DNA of 64,000 nt from Candidatus Poribacteria bacterium (GTDB lineage: Bacteria; Poribacteria; WGA-4E; WGA-3G). The translations under genes were made by a program, and so were the position numbers. This document shows, piece by piece, positions 41,538 to 51,035 of the stretch. Numbering within the stretch: position 1 is the first letter of the stretch; every line of letters begins with the position of its first letter. Below the pieces are notes generated by a model that saw nothing but the letters and a program-made list of their open reading frames with translations, was not told where the DNA came from and made no database searches. Where the stretch lies: NCBI GenBank assembly GCA_965242965.1, contig OZ251518.1:5248001-5312000 (forward strand). Reading direction: 5' to 3'.

Positions 41538-42956
41538 ATGGATGCGATAACACAGGCACACTACAACCTCGGCACCGCTTATCTGAACGAGAAGCAGTAT
41601 ACCGAAGCGATTGCCGCGTTCCAAAAGGCGATAGCCCTTGATGTCGATTTTGCGGAAGCACACGGGCAGCTTGGGCTCGCCTATTTTGAATTGGACAGGT
41701 TTGACGAAGCCGGCGCGGAGGCAAAGGAGGCTATCCGGTTAAATCCGAATTATCAGCCCGCACTCAAAATCTTAGACGAACTCAAGCAGGAGCATTACGA
41801 CAGTGGAATCGCTTTCCTCACTGAAGAGGAATACGAAAGCGCGCTCGCGGCTTTCAAAGCAGCGATAGAAATTGACTCGGGTTTTATTGAGGCACACCAC
41901 GCGCAGGGCCTCGCATATCTAGGAATAGGCAAACTAGATATGGCCAAACAGATGGCTGAGGCGGCGTTAAGGCTTGATGCAAACTACGAACCGGCGCAAA
42001 CCCTTCTGAACGCAATAAAGCCGCCACCGGTGCCGCCGAGGCCAACTGCTTCTACGGAAGACCCGAGTGTCAACGCGGGGCAAACCTCATCTCCGGAAAC
42101 AAGCGTGCAAACGCCGATTACCGAACCCATCGTAGTGCAAACGCCGATGCCGGAGACGCATCCGTTAGTTGTCGCGTTGCAGCCAGAGGAACCGGACGCG
42201 CAACCGTCGCCGTCGGAAAAAGAGAAGCACTATGAGCAAGGCATCGCTTTTTTAAATAATGGCCAGTATGACCTGGCTATTGCGGCGTTCAAAAGTGCGA
42301 AAAACCTTGACGCGAACTATCGGGATGCCCACTATGGACTCGGGCTTGCCTACTTCAGAGTCGGCGCGTTAGACGTATCAGAAGTGGCGACGCGGGAAGC
42401 ACTCCGGCTCGATGCTAGTTTTTTGCCCGCGCACCAACTACTAGATACAATTGATGCCCAAGATGCACAGGCGAGAAAGCGGCGACTTTGGCGGAGAGTC
42501 GCGATGGCAATCGGTGTCGTCGGGATAGCACTCATCGCCTTCGCGGCATTCCGGTTAGGGCTTCTAGACTCGTGGCTGAATCCCGAGCCGCCGAAACTGT
42601 CCATCACCAAAGTCGCCTTAAGTGAACACTCCGGAGACGGTTTCCTCCATGCAGGCGAAAGTGGGAGAATTCTCATCACCGTTCAGAATAGCGGTGGCGA
42701 TGTGAGAAACGTTCAACTGAAACTGGACCCGGGCTTCCGTGCCGGTTTGCGTTATCAACCAGTGTTGACTCTTCCGCGATTGGCAGGAGACGATACGCAG
42801 ACGCTCACCATTCCTATCGCCGCCGAAAGTGGCATTCAGGCGCAGACTGTGAGAATGAACATTGACGTGATTGACAAGAACGGGATGCCGCTTGCATCCA
42901 AACCCTTTTCTTTCAAAACGCAATCTGTGCCGCTCTCACCGCAGCGGGTTCGATAA
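41538..42956 (+). CDS. TPR-repeat membrane protein with C-terminal Ig-like domain
   Basis: Repeated AHYNLG.AY/AIAAF.KA units, Pro-rich linker, one TM helix. Confidence 0.82.
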   Translation: MDAITQAHYNLGTAYLNEKQYTEAIAAFQKAIALDVDFAEAHGQLGLAYFELDRFDEAGAEAKEAIRLNPNYQPALKILDELKQEHYDSGIAFLTEEEYESALAAFKAAIEIDSGFIEAHHAQGLAYLGIGKLDMAKQMAEAALRLDANYEPAQTLLNAIKPPPVPPRPTASTEDPSVNAGQTSSPETSVQTPITEPIVVQTPMPETHPLVVALQPEEPDAQPSPSEKEKHYEQGIAFLNNGQYDLAIAAFKSAKNLDANYRDAHYGLGLAYFRVGALDVSEVATREALRLDASFLPAHQLLDTIDAQDAQARKRRLWRRVAMAIGVVGIALIAFAAFRLGLLDSWLNPEPPKLSITKVALSEHSGDGFLHAGESGRILITVQNSGGDVRNVQLKLDPGFRAGLRYQPVLTLPRLAGDDTQTLTIPIAAESGIQAQTVRMNIDVIDKNGMPLASKPFSFKTQSVPLSPQRVR

Positions 42957-42959
42957 ACT

Positions 42960-43697
42960 GAGGGGGTTTCGTAAGTCGTTTTCCCCGGTAGGAGAGACCT
43001 CCTGGTCTCGATGCAAGCGATGTTCCTTGTAGGAGAGACCTCCTGGTCTCGATTGTGATCAGGCGATCACAAACTACAGAGTGGGGAAAGCGAAAAAAAC
43101 GTCTCTCCTTTCTCTTAGGTCCGTTGGACCTAAAGACATAACTTGACGATAGAGATCGCGGGGGACAGGCCCCCGCGCTACGGGAAAAAACGGCGTGCGG
43201 TACCGTAGGGCTTGGGCCCTCGGATGCCATACGCGCATCCGAGCGGGTTTCCCTCGCCATCGTTCGCACTACGAAAAAACGTCTCTTGCTCTCTTCAGGT
43301 CCTAAAGGACCTAAAACGCGACTCTTGACGATGGAGATCGCGGGGGACAGGCCCCCGCGCTACGGGAAAAAACGGCGTGCGGTACCGTAGGGCGAGGGCC
43401 TGTCCCTCGCCATCGCTCGCGCTACGGAAAAATCGAGACCAGGAGGTCTCTCCTACGGGAAGCTCTCGGGCCCACCTCTGTAGTTTGGGAGCGCCCGCTC
43501 CCGAACGGGTCAGGAGCAGGCGCTCCTGAACTACAGAGGTAATGCAGTCTGACAGCAAGGCGCATGGCGAGGGACAGGCCCTCGCCCTACGGTGCGGGGG
43601 AGGCATTTTTTTCATCGTAGCGCGGGGCCCCTCGGATGCCCCACGCGCATCCGAGTGGGTTTCCCCCGCGACGTTGAGCGATTTATGAAGCACCCTC
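42960..43697. mobile_element. TIR-bounded MITE-like element
   Basis: GAGGGGGTTTCGT...ATGAAGCACCCTC ends. Confidence 0.75.
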
Positions 43698-43720
43698 AAA
43701 TAACCTGTATAAAACCGGAC

Positions 43721-44683
43721 CTATCGATAAGGCTCCACATCAATTCCCGGATATGCCTGCGCGAGGCGTTTGAGAGTCTCCTCCGTGTAGTAGGCATCGC
43801 CGGGGGCAGGCCATCCTAGCACGCTGCGCACCGATGGCGTTGTCCGCGCGACAAACTTCATATAGTGCGGGCTCGTCCAACCGGGCACAGGACGCGTCGT
43901 TTTACACCAATCCGCATTGTCGGCGCGATGGAAATGATACCCTATCCACGCGCGCTGTTTGCGGCGGTTCTTAAACGGCTGAGCCGCATGGACTAAATAA
44001 CTGGAACGGAAGGCGACACTCCCCGCCTTCGCCGTTACAGGAGTCGGCTCTCCTAACTCCGGAAATTCCCGCAAATCTCGAAGGCTCATGCCACCGGCGT
44101 GCCCCGGATGTTTTGCCCACACCGCATCCAATTGGTTCTGCGAACCTGGGCAGACGAGCATCGGCGCGCCATCTAACTCAATGTCGTGCAGGATAATCCC
44201 AGACAGGATATAGCCGTATCGTTGCCAATCCGGATGCGGCGGCAACGGCGAATTGGTGGCGTTGTCGATATGATACCCCTGCCACGGATGCTCACTATAA
44301 CGCGTATCGGTGAGGCCCTCTCGCACAAAAATCTGGCCATAGCCGAGCCGAATTTCTTCGCTGCCGAGCAGCTGCTGCGCAATCGCTAAATACGCCTCAT
44401 TTTCCAGAAGCGCGTCTACTGCCGCTAACCCAGTCGGAAAATGCAGGGCTTTTCCAAACGGACCGGCGAGTCTTCGCATTGCATCTGTCTTCTCATAAGC
44501 ACGCTGGAGTTCTTCCGGCTGTTCGTCCCACTTGGCGCGATATTCGGCGTAGGTTAACCCATCGTAGGCGTTCCGTTCGATTTCCGCTAACGCCGGCGCG
44601 ACCTGCTCAATTTGAAAAACGTCCGGCACCACAAGCGTCCCATCCCGTTTCCACGCCGCAAGTTGTTCGTGTGTCAGTTTCAT
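43721..44683 (-). CDS. Phytanoyl-CoA dioxygenase (PhyH) family protein
   Basis: LTHEQLAAWKRDG.LVV start, H-x-D (YHID) and distal His (LVHAA). Confidence 0.85.
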   Translation of the reverse strand: MKLTHEQLAAWKRDGTLVVPDVFQIEQVAPALAEIERNAYDGLTYAEYRAKWDEQPEELQRAYEKTDAMRRLAGPFGKALHFPTGLAAVDALLENEAYLAIAQQLLGSEEIRLGYGQIFVREGLTDTRYSEHPWQGYHIDNATNSPLPPHPDWQRYGYILSGIILHDIELDGAPMLVCPGSQNQLDAVWAKHPGHAGGMSLRDLREFPELGEPTPVTAKAGSVAFRSSYLVHAAQPFKNRRKQRAWIGYHFHRADNADWCKTTRPVPGWTSPHYMKFVARTTPSVRSVLGWPAPGDAYYTEETLKRLAQAYPGIDVEPYR

Positions 44684-45693
44684 GAGAACTTCTCCCATTT
44701 ATCCTCTTCTACCGAGGCATGAATGTTCTCCCACCACGTCTGGTTTTCAATATACCATTGGAGCGTCTCGCGCAATCCCTGCTCAAACGCTATTTTCGGT
44801 TCCCAACCTAGTTCCCTACGAATCTTCGATGAATCCAATAGATACCGACAATCGTGTCCGGGCCGGTCGGGGACGTACGTTTTCAAAGCCTGCGGTTTGC
44901 CGACAACCTCCAAAATAAAATCGCTAATCTCCTCAATGCTTTTCTCAACCCCGCTGCCGACGTTGTAAGTTTCGCCGACTTTGCCGTCGTGGATAACTAA
45001 GGCAATCGCGCGACAATGGTCTTCAACATGCAGCCATTCTCGTCGGTTATGACTGCTGCGATAGAGCGTGAGCGGTTTATCTTGGAGCGCGTTCGTCGTA
45101 AACAGCGGAATCAACTTCTCTGGATGCTGATAAGGACCGTAGTTATTGGAGCAGTTAGAAATCGTAATCGGCATGCCAAAACTATGGAAATAGGCGTTGA
45201 CGAGATGGTCTGCCGCTGCTTTTGATGCGTTATAGGGGGTCTGGGGCCGGTAAGCGGTCTCCTCCGTGAACGCATCGGGTGAGTCCAACGGCAGTTCACC
45301 GTAGACCTCGCACGTAGAGATATGATGAAACCGATGCACGCCATATTTTCGGGCGGCATCCAGCACTATCTGCGTGCCGATGACGTTCGTCTCAAAGAAC
45401 CGCCGCGGTTCTAAAATCGCCCGGCTGTTGTGTGACTCGGCGGCGAAATTGACGATGACATCGGGATGATGGGTTTTCAGCACTGCTTCAACGAGCACCG
45501 CGTCCAGCATATCGCCGTGCGCAAACTCGTAACGCCGCGGGTAACGTTCTACCACATCCTTAAGATTGGCGAGGTTACCGGCGTAAGTGAGCCGGTCGAG
45601 GTTCACGATGGCATCGTCCGGGTAGTGCTGAAGCCAGTATCGAATGAAGTTCGTGCCGATGAACCCGGCCCCGCCGGTGACGAGTAATTTCAT
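44680..45693 (-). CDS. rfbB: dTDP-glucose 4,6-dehydratase
   Basis: TGGAGFIG, LTYAGN, FAAESH, YNASK, CSNNYGPYQ and DRPGHD motifs. Confidence 0.92.
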   Translation of the reverse strand: MKLLVTGGAGFIGTNFIRYWLQHYPDDAIVNLDRLTYAGNLANLKDVVERYPRRYEFAHGDMLDAVLVEAVLKTHHPDVIVNFAAESHNSRAILEPRRFFETNVIGTQIVLDAARKYGVHRFHHISTCEVYGELPLDSPDAFTEETAYRPQTPYNASKAAADHLVNAYFHSFGMPITISNCSNNYGPYQHPEKLIPLFTTNALQDKPLTLYRSSHNRREWLHVEDHCRAIALVIHDGKVGETYNVGSGVEKSIEEISDFILEVVGKPQALKTYVPDRPGHDCRYLLDSSKIRRELGWEPKIAFEQGLRETLQWYIENQTWWENIHASVEEDKWEKFS

Positions 45694-45779
45694 TTGAGGT
45701 CTCTTCCTTCGGCCGGATAGAGAAATCCGTCCTGATATGAGTTGCGCAAAAGTCGCTTTGTCTATCTCTCGTTCTCAGC

Positions 45780-46373
45780 CTATCCCTGTTTGCCGTTTTC
45801 CGCTTCAAACGCCTTTTTTGTCTGCGTGAGTTCGTGGCGGACGTAGATAAAATAGGCATCGTCGCCATTTGTCCGATCCTTGAGCGATTCGAGGAGCGTT
45901 TGGAAGGCGTTCGGTTCGTTTTCCTCAAGCCATTGCATGGATTGGGCGAAGGCTTTGCGCGTGCGCGCTTGATGTAGGTTATGGTTCCGTTCTAACAGGA
46001 CGGACCAGAGGCGTTTGACTCTATCAATGTGCTGTTCGCACGGTGTGCCCTCACCATTGAGGGATAGTTTTCGGCGGCGGCGTTCCGCCGCGACCTCGCC
46101 AGTCCGCGGGACCCACACGATACGCTCCGCCGCCGCCCGACGAGCCAGATTTTTCTCTTCAAACCTCTCGTAGATTTGTGAAAGTTCCGCATCTTCTATC
46201 AGTTTCTCAAATTGTTCGGGAGCACGCCGTTTGAGAAATGATAACGACTGACATGCGTGTATTTTCGCTTCCTGTGCGTCCATCTTCGCGAGGCGGACGG
46301 CGCGTTCGGCGTGCTGTTCCACTCGTGTCCCAACCCCATTGAGGCGATAAGCACCTCGTCGTTTTTTAGCCAC
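45780..46373 (-). CDS. Hypothetical basic protein with internal duplication
   Basis: AAGGAG RBS, then GTG 46373; LNG.GT..EQH..R..RL motif occurs twice. Confidence 0.65.
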   Translation of the reverse strand: MAKKRRGAYRLNGVGTRVEQHAERAVRLAKMDAQEAKIHACQSLSFLKRRAPEQFEKLIEDAELSQIYERFEEKNLARRAAAERIVWVPRTGEVAAERRRRKLSLNGEGTPCEQHIDRVKRLWSVLLERNHNLHQARTRKAFAQSMQWLEENEPNAFQTLLESLKDRTNGDDAYFIYVRHELTQTKKAFEAENGKQG

Positions 46374-46454
46374 CCTTTCACTCCTTCTTTGGTTTGTCAA
46401 AATTGGATACAAACAATATATCATAAATGCGCGAGTGATGTCAAGAGTGTTTTT

Positions 46455-46862
46455 TGAGCAGGATTGAGCAGGATTGAGCAGGATTTTCAAGATTTTCAAG
46501 ATTTCACAAGATATGAGCAGGATTTTCAAGATTTCCAGGATTTACCAAGATTAGGTTTCTGGTGCGCCGTCGCGGTTTTGGCAGGCCACGGGGTATTTGA
46601 TGCACCAAGCCCTATAATCGTGGAAATCCTGCTCCTAATCGTGGAAATCCTGCTCCTAATCGTGTAAATCCTGCTCCTAATCGTGCGAAATCGTGATAAT
46701 CGTGCAAATCCTGCTCCTAATCGTGCAAATCCTGCTCCAAATCGTGCAAATCCTGCTCCAAATCGTGTAAATCCTGCTCCAAATCGTGTAAATCCTGCTC
46801 CTAATCATGAGAATCTTGTAAATCCTGCTCCAAATCGTGCTAATCCTGCAAATCCTGCTCAA
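46455..46862. repeat. Short tandem repeats (9-10 bp and 21 bp)
   Basis: GAGCAGGATT and CAAGATTTT tandems, then about nine AATCGTGNAAATCCTGCTCC(T/A) units in the opposite orientation. Confidence 0.9.
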
Positions 46863-46868
46863 ATTTCC

Positions 46869-46897
46869 TTGACAGACGAAACCCAAAATGATAAAAT
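46869..46897 (+). promoter_or_regulatory. Sigma70-type promoter of mod
   Basis: TTGACA-17-TAAAAT. Confidence 0.55.
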
Positions 46898-46945
46898 ATA
46901 CTGAAAACCCGAATTGAACCTAGCACCGAAGGATAACCACACCTA

Positions 46946-48610
46946 ATGCCAACGCTCAACTGGATCGGAAAAGAGGCGGTCGTCAATCATCACAACGAAG
47001 TGCCTGTCCATACACTCACGCACAACCCGGAACATTCTATCGGGACAAACGCGCCGCCATCGCCCGCGGCGGGGAATCTGCTCATTGAAGGCGATAACCT
47101 CCTCGCGCTCAAAGCACTCCTCACACACTACGCCGGCAAGGTTAAGTGCATCTTCATCGATCCGCCTTACAACACCGGCAACGAAAGCTGGGTTTACAAC
47201 GACAACGTCAATCATCCGACTATCCAGAAATGGCTCGGCAAAACCGTCGGCACGCTTACCGTCGATCTCTCCCGACACGACAAGTGGCTCTGCATGATGT
47301 ATCCGCGCCTCTGCCTACTCCATCAACTCCTCCGCGATGACGGCGCGATTTTCATCACCATTGACGACAACGAGGTGCATCACCTGCGCATGCTCATGGA
47401 CGACATCTTCGGCGAAGATAATTTCATCGCGAACATCGCATGGGAAAAACGTTACAGCCGTAATAACGATGCTAAACTCTTCTACTCTAAAAAGGACGCG
47501 GTTCTCGTCTTCCGAAAAAGCGATAAACTGAAACTTCTGCGGGAAAACCGGACTGATGAAGCGAACTCGCTATATAGCAATCCGGACAACGATCCTCGCG
47601 GCCCTTGGATGACTACGCCCTATGCGCGGAAAAGTAGCAAAAAACACGCGAATCTCGTTTATCCTATTACCAATCCTAATACCGGGGAAACCGTAATTCA
47701 CCCAGATTATGCGTGGAGATGCACAAAAGCACAGTATGAGATTGACGTGAAGGAAAACAGGCTCTATTGGGGGAAAAGTGGCCGGGCGAAATACCCGAGG
47801 CGAAAACGTTATCTTTCCGAAGCAAGCGGAATGGTCCCGATAGATATTTGGCTCCACAAAGAAACTGGCACCTCCGATGAAGGCACCAGAGAAGTCAAGC
47901 AGGTATTCAATACCGAAAACACTGTTTTTGACTATCCGAAGCCGACGCGCCTTATCCGACGCATCATCAACCTCGTCACAACCTCTGATGGCGATGACAT
48001 TATCCTTGATTCGTTCGCCGGGAGTGGCACGACTGGACATGCTGTCCTCGCGCAGAATCAGGAAGATGGCGGCAACCGGCGATTTATCCTCGTCGAATTG
48101 GATGCAACCATTGCCAGCGAGATTACGGCAGTGCGGCTTCAGCGCGTCATTAACGGCTGGAGGTATGAGAATAACGGCAAGCAACAGCACCGGTTCGGCA
48201 CGGGTGGCAGTTTCGCCTATTACCGCGTCGGCGAGACGTTATTGGAGAAGTCGGAGATTCCGTTTGACGAGATGGGGCAGTATCTCTTTTTCAAGGAGAC
48301 GGGAGTGCCGATGGAAGCGGATGCCGCGCTGGCTCTCACCGAATGTGAGTCGGATACTTATCCGAAAAAGAAGAAGGCGTATTGCGCGTGCAGTGCGGAT
48401 GAGCGGCTGCAGCGTGCTTTTCTCGGCAGTGCGAACGGCATCGGTGTCTATCTTCTCAACAGCGATGATATCTTGACAGAGGCGTTGCTCAGTCGTTTGC
48501 CTCCGCATTCGGGTAGCAGAGTTATCCATTGCGGTGGCAATCGGCTTACGGAGGCGGCGTTGCGGCGGTTGGGGGTTACGTTTAAGCAGATGCCGTATCA
48601 TTTGGTATAG
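46946..48610 (+). CDS. Type III R-M-like adenine DNA methyltransferase (Mod)
   Basis: LIEGDNL, IDPPYNTG, FITIDDNE, PKP and ILDSFAGSGTT motifs. Confidence 0.9.
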   Translation: MPTLNWIGKEAVVNHHNEVPVHTLTHNPEHSIGTNAPPSPAAGNLLIEGDNLLALKALLTHYAGKVKCIFIDPPYNTGNESWVYNDNVNHPTIQKWLGKTVGTLTVDLSRHDKWLCMMYPRLCLLHQLLRDDGAIFITIDDNEVHHLRMLMDDIFGEDNFIANIAWEKRYSRNNDAKLFYSKKDAVLVFRKSDKLKLLRENRTDEANSLYSNPDNDPRGPWMTTPYARKSSKKHANLVYPITNPNTGETVIHPDYAWRCTKAQYEIDVKENRLYWGKSGRAKYPRRKRYLSEASGMVPIDIWLHKETGTSDEGTREVKQVFNTENTVFDYPKPTRLIRRIINLVTTSDGDDIILDSFAGSGTTGHAVLAQNQEDGGNRRFILVELDATIASEITAVRLQRVINGWRYENNGKQQHRFGTGGSFAYYRVGETLLEKSEIPFDEMGQYLFFKETGVPMEADAALALTECESDTYPKKKKAYCACSADERLQRAFLGSANGIGVYLLNSDDILTEALLSRLPPHSGSRVIHCGGNRLTEAALRRLGVTFKQMPYHLV

Positions 48611-48652
48611 TGGCGGCGCGTTTTGACATGTTTATGGGGAATGTGTTAAACT

Positions 48653-49133
48653 GAGGGTGTTTCGTAACTCCGTTTCGGTATTTATCGCCCCTGGAGGCGG
48701 GCGAATACCGGTAGGCATCGGGCCCACCTCTGTAGTTCGGGATCGCCTGATCCCGAACGGGTCAAGATCTGGCGATCTTGACCTACAGGGGTGAGGCAGT
48801 CTGACACCAAAACGCATGGCGAGGGAAACCCGCTCGCCTGCGCGTGTGGCAGGCGAGGGCCTCGCCCTACGTGAAGGGGCGGCGTTTTTTCACCGTAGCG
48901 CGGGGGCCTGTCCCCCGCGTTGGCCATCGTCAAGCGGTGGCGTTTTAGATCCTCTCTGTAGTTTGTGATCGCCTGATCACAAACGGGTCAGGATCAGGCG
49001 ATCCTGCCCTACAGGGGTGAGGCGCGCCGCCCTATTGCATCGAGACCAGGAGGTCTCTCCTACGGGGACATCGCTTGCATCGAGACCGGGAGGTCTCTCC
49101 TACGGGGAATGTATTGATATATGAAACACCCTC
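48653..49133. mobile_element. TIR-bounded MITE-like element
   Basis: TIRs; flanks GTTAAACT and GTCAAACT (7/8 match). Confidence 0.8.
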
Positions 49134-49167
49134 GTCAAACTGATAACGACCCTAAAAGGAGGCGCAA

Positions 49168-49890
49168 ATGACACAAACGCAGGTAACATTCACGTCCGAT
49201 GGGCTTCAGCCGTTCGTTGAACGCCTACTCTTTACTTCCCGGGAACGTCTCGTCGCCCTGCTTTCACAGGACGCGGAGAGGGCCGCGCTGGAAACGGAGT
49301 TCCGCGAGTTTTTTGAAGGGTATATCGGGCTCGGGTTTTTATTGGAGGATTACGAAGAATCGCTCCTCGCAGTCCTTGAGACAGAAGAAAGGTTTTCGCC
49401 GCTGCATCACCGTGTCAAGATGGTTGAGTCTCAGCGGAAATCGTCGCCGGATAGTCGCATTGCCCGGCGGATGGGAGTGGGTCCGCTTCTCACAGATCCG
49501 CAGCCGTCGATAAAAGTGATTGAACTGCCGGATGCCGAGTTCCGTGCGTTGCTGGAGATGCTGGTGAGTTGGCCGCTGTTCGCTGCGCGCGAACGCCTCG
49601 CCAAATTGCACAAGGATACCAAAACCGACGAAAATGGCACGCCACGCTTACGCGAGAGCAAACCAGACGCGCGTCTCAAACCCGCATTCTTGGAATTTTT
49701 CGTCTGCTACTTGGAACTTGAACAGTTCCTTGAAAATTATGAATATGACCAGGATGAAGGTTTGGAAGTGCGGCCTGAGGTTCTTGAAGAATGGGATCGC
49801 AGCATCGCGGAGGTCGAAGCGGGTGGGAAAACCTATTCGCTTGAGGAAATCGCGAAAGAGTTGGGGATTGAATTGGAATGTATACCCTAG
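49168..49890 (+). CDS. Hypothetical protein with antitoxin-like C-terminus
   Basis: AGGAGG RBS; acidic tail GLEVRPEVLEE...KTYSLEEIAKELG; overlaps the relE-like gene. Confidence 0.65.
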   Translation: MTQTQVTFTSDGLQPFVERLLFTSRERLVALLSQDAERAALETEFREFFEGYIGLGFLLEDYEESLLAVLETEERFSPLHHRVKMVESQRKSSPDSRIARRMGVGPLLTDPQPSIKVIELPDAEFRALLEMLVSWPLFAARERLAKLHKDTKTDENGTPRLRESKPDARLKPAFLEFFVCYLELEQFLENYEYDQDEGLEVRPEVLEEWDRSIAEVEAGGKTYSLEEIAKELGIELECIP

Positions 49891-50135
49891 AACTCAAACC
49901 ACGGGCCCGTAAGGATTTACAACGTTTGGATTCCTCGGTCCGCGCCCAAGTTGTCCGCAGGCTGCAGTGGTTGTGCCGCCATTGCGACGAAACCAAGCGC
50001 AAGGCACTGAAAGGCAAACATCGCGGTAAATTTAGGCTAAAAGTTGCCGAAGTTTATCGAGTCCTCTATAATTTTGATACAGGCACCAGAGTTCTGACTG
50101 TCCATCGAATTGGGCACCGCCGGAACGTCTATTAA
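49878..50135 (+). CDS. RelE/ParE-family toxin
   Basis: ARKDLQRLD...KALKG...FRLKV..YRVLY...IGHRRNVY. Confidence 0.87.
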   Translation: MYTLELKPRARKDLQRLDSSVRAQVVRRLQWLCRHCDETKRKALKGKHRGKFRLKVAEVYRVLYNFDTGTRVLTVHRIGHRRNVY

Positions 50136-50137
50136 CC

Positions 50138-51002
50138 GAGGGTGTTTCATAATTCCGTTTGGGTATTTATCCCGCCTTGGAGGAAGGGCGAATACCGGCA
50201 GGCATCGGGCCCACCTCTGTAGTTCGGGATCGCCTGTGGGTGGGCGGTAAAACGGGTCAAGATCGCTTGGCAGGTATGCCAGAGCTTCAGACGATCTTGA
50301 CCTACAGAGGTGATGCACTCTGACCTCAAAACGCTGGCGAGTGAAACCCGCTCGCCTGCGCGTGTGGCAGGCGAGGGCCCCTCGCCCTACGTGAAGGGGC
50401 GGCGTTTTTTTTCCCGTAGCGCGGGGGCCTGTCCCCCGCGTTGCCTATCGTTAAGCGGTGGCGTTTTAGGTCCTCTCTGTAGTTTGTGATCGCCTGATCA
50501 CAAACAGGTCAGGATCAGGCGATCCTGACCTACAGAGGTGAGGCGCGCCGCCCTATTGCATCGAGACCAGGAGGTCTCTCCTACGGGACGCTCGCGGGGG
50601 ACAGGCCCCCGCGCTACGGTAACCGGACGGTTTTTTGGCAGCGGAACGGCTCCCCCCATCGTAGGGCGAGGGCCTGTCCCTCGCCGTGCTGCGGTCTATC
50701 GAACGCTCGCGGGGGACAGGCCCCCGCGCTACGGTAACCGAACGGTTTCTTGGCAGCAGAACGGCTCCCCCCTCCATCGTAGGGCGAGGGCCTGTCCCTC
50801 GCCATGCTGCGGTCCACCGAAAACTCGCGGGGGACAGGCCCCCGCGCTACGGTAACCGGACGGTTTTTTGGCAGCAGCACGGCTCTCCCCATCGTAGGGC
50901 GAGGACCTGTCTCTCGCCGTGCTGCGGTCTATCGAACGCTCGCGGGGGACAGGCCCCCGCGCTACGGTAACCGGACGGTTTCTTGAGTTACGAAACAGCC
51001 TC
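50138..51002. mobile_element. TIR-bounded element with about 120-bp tandem REP-doublet repeats
   Basis: GAGGGTGTTTCAT...ACGAAACAGCCTC ends; the unit is repeated 3-4 times at 50590-50990. Confidence 0.75.
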
Positions 51003-51035
51003 GCTTACGTATATCACAAGGAAAACTACCAAACC

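Noticed and set aside
46615-46860. CRISPR array or repeat protein (NRANPAP ORF)
   Set aside because: Contiguous 21-bp tandem repeat without spacers; the ORFs are by-products of the repeat.
50919-51035. N-terminal extension of Res
   Set aside because: It comes from the repeat element; the RBS supports ATG 51036.
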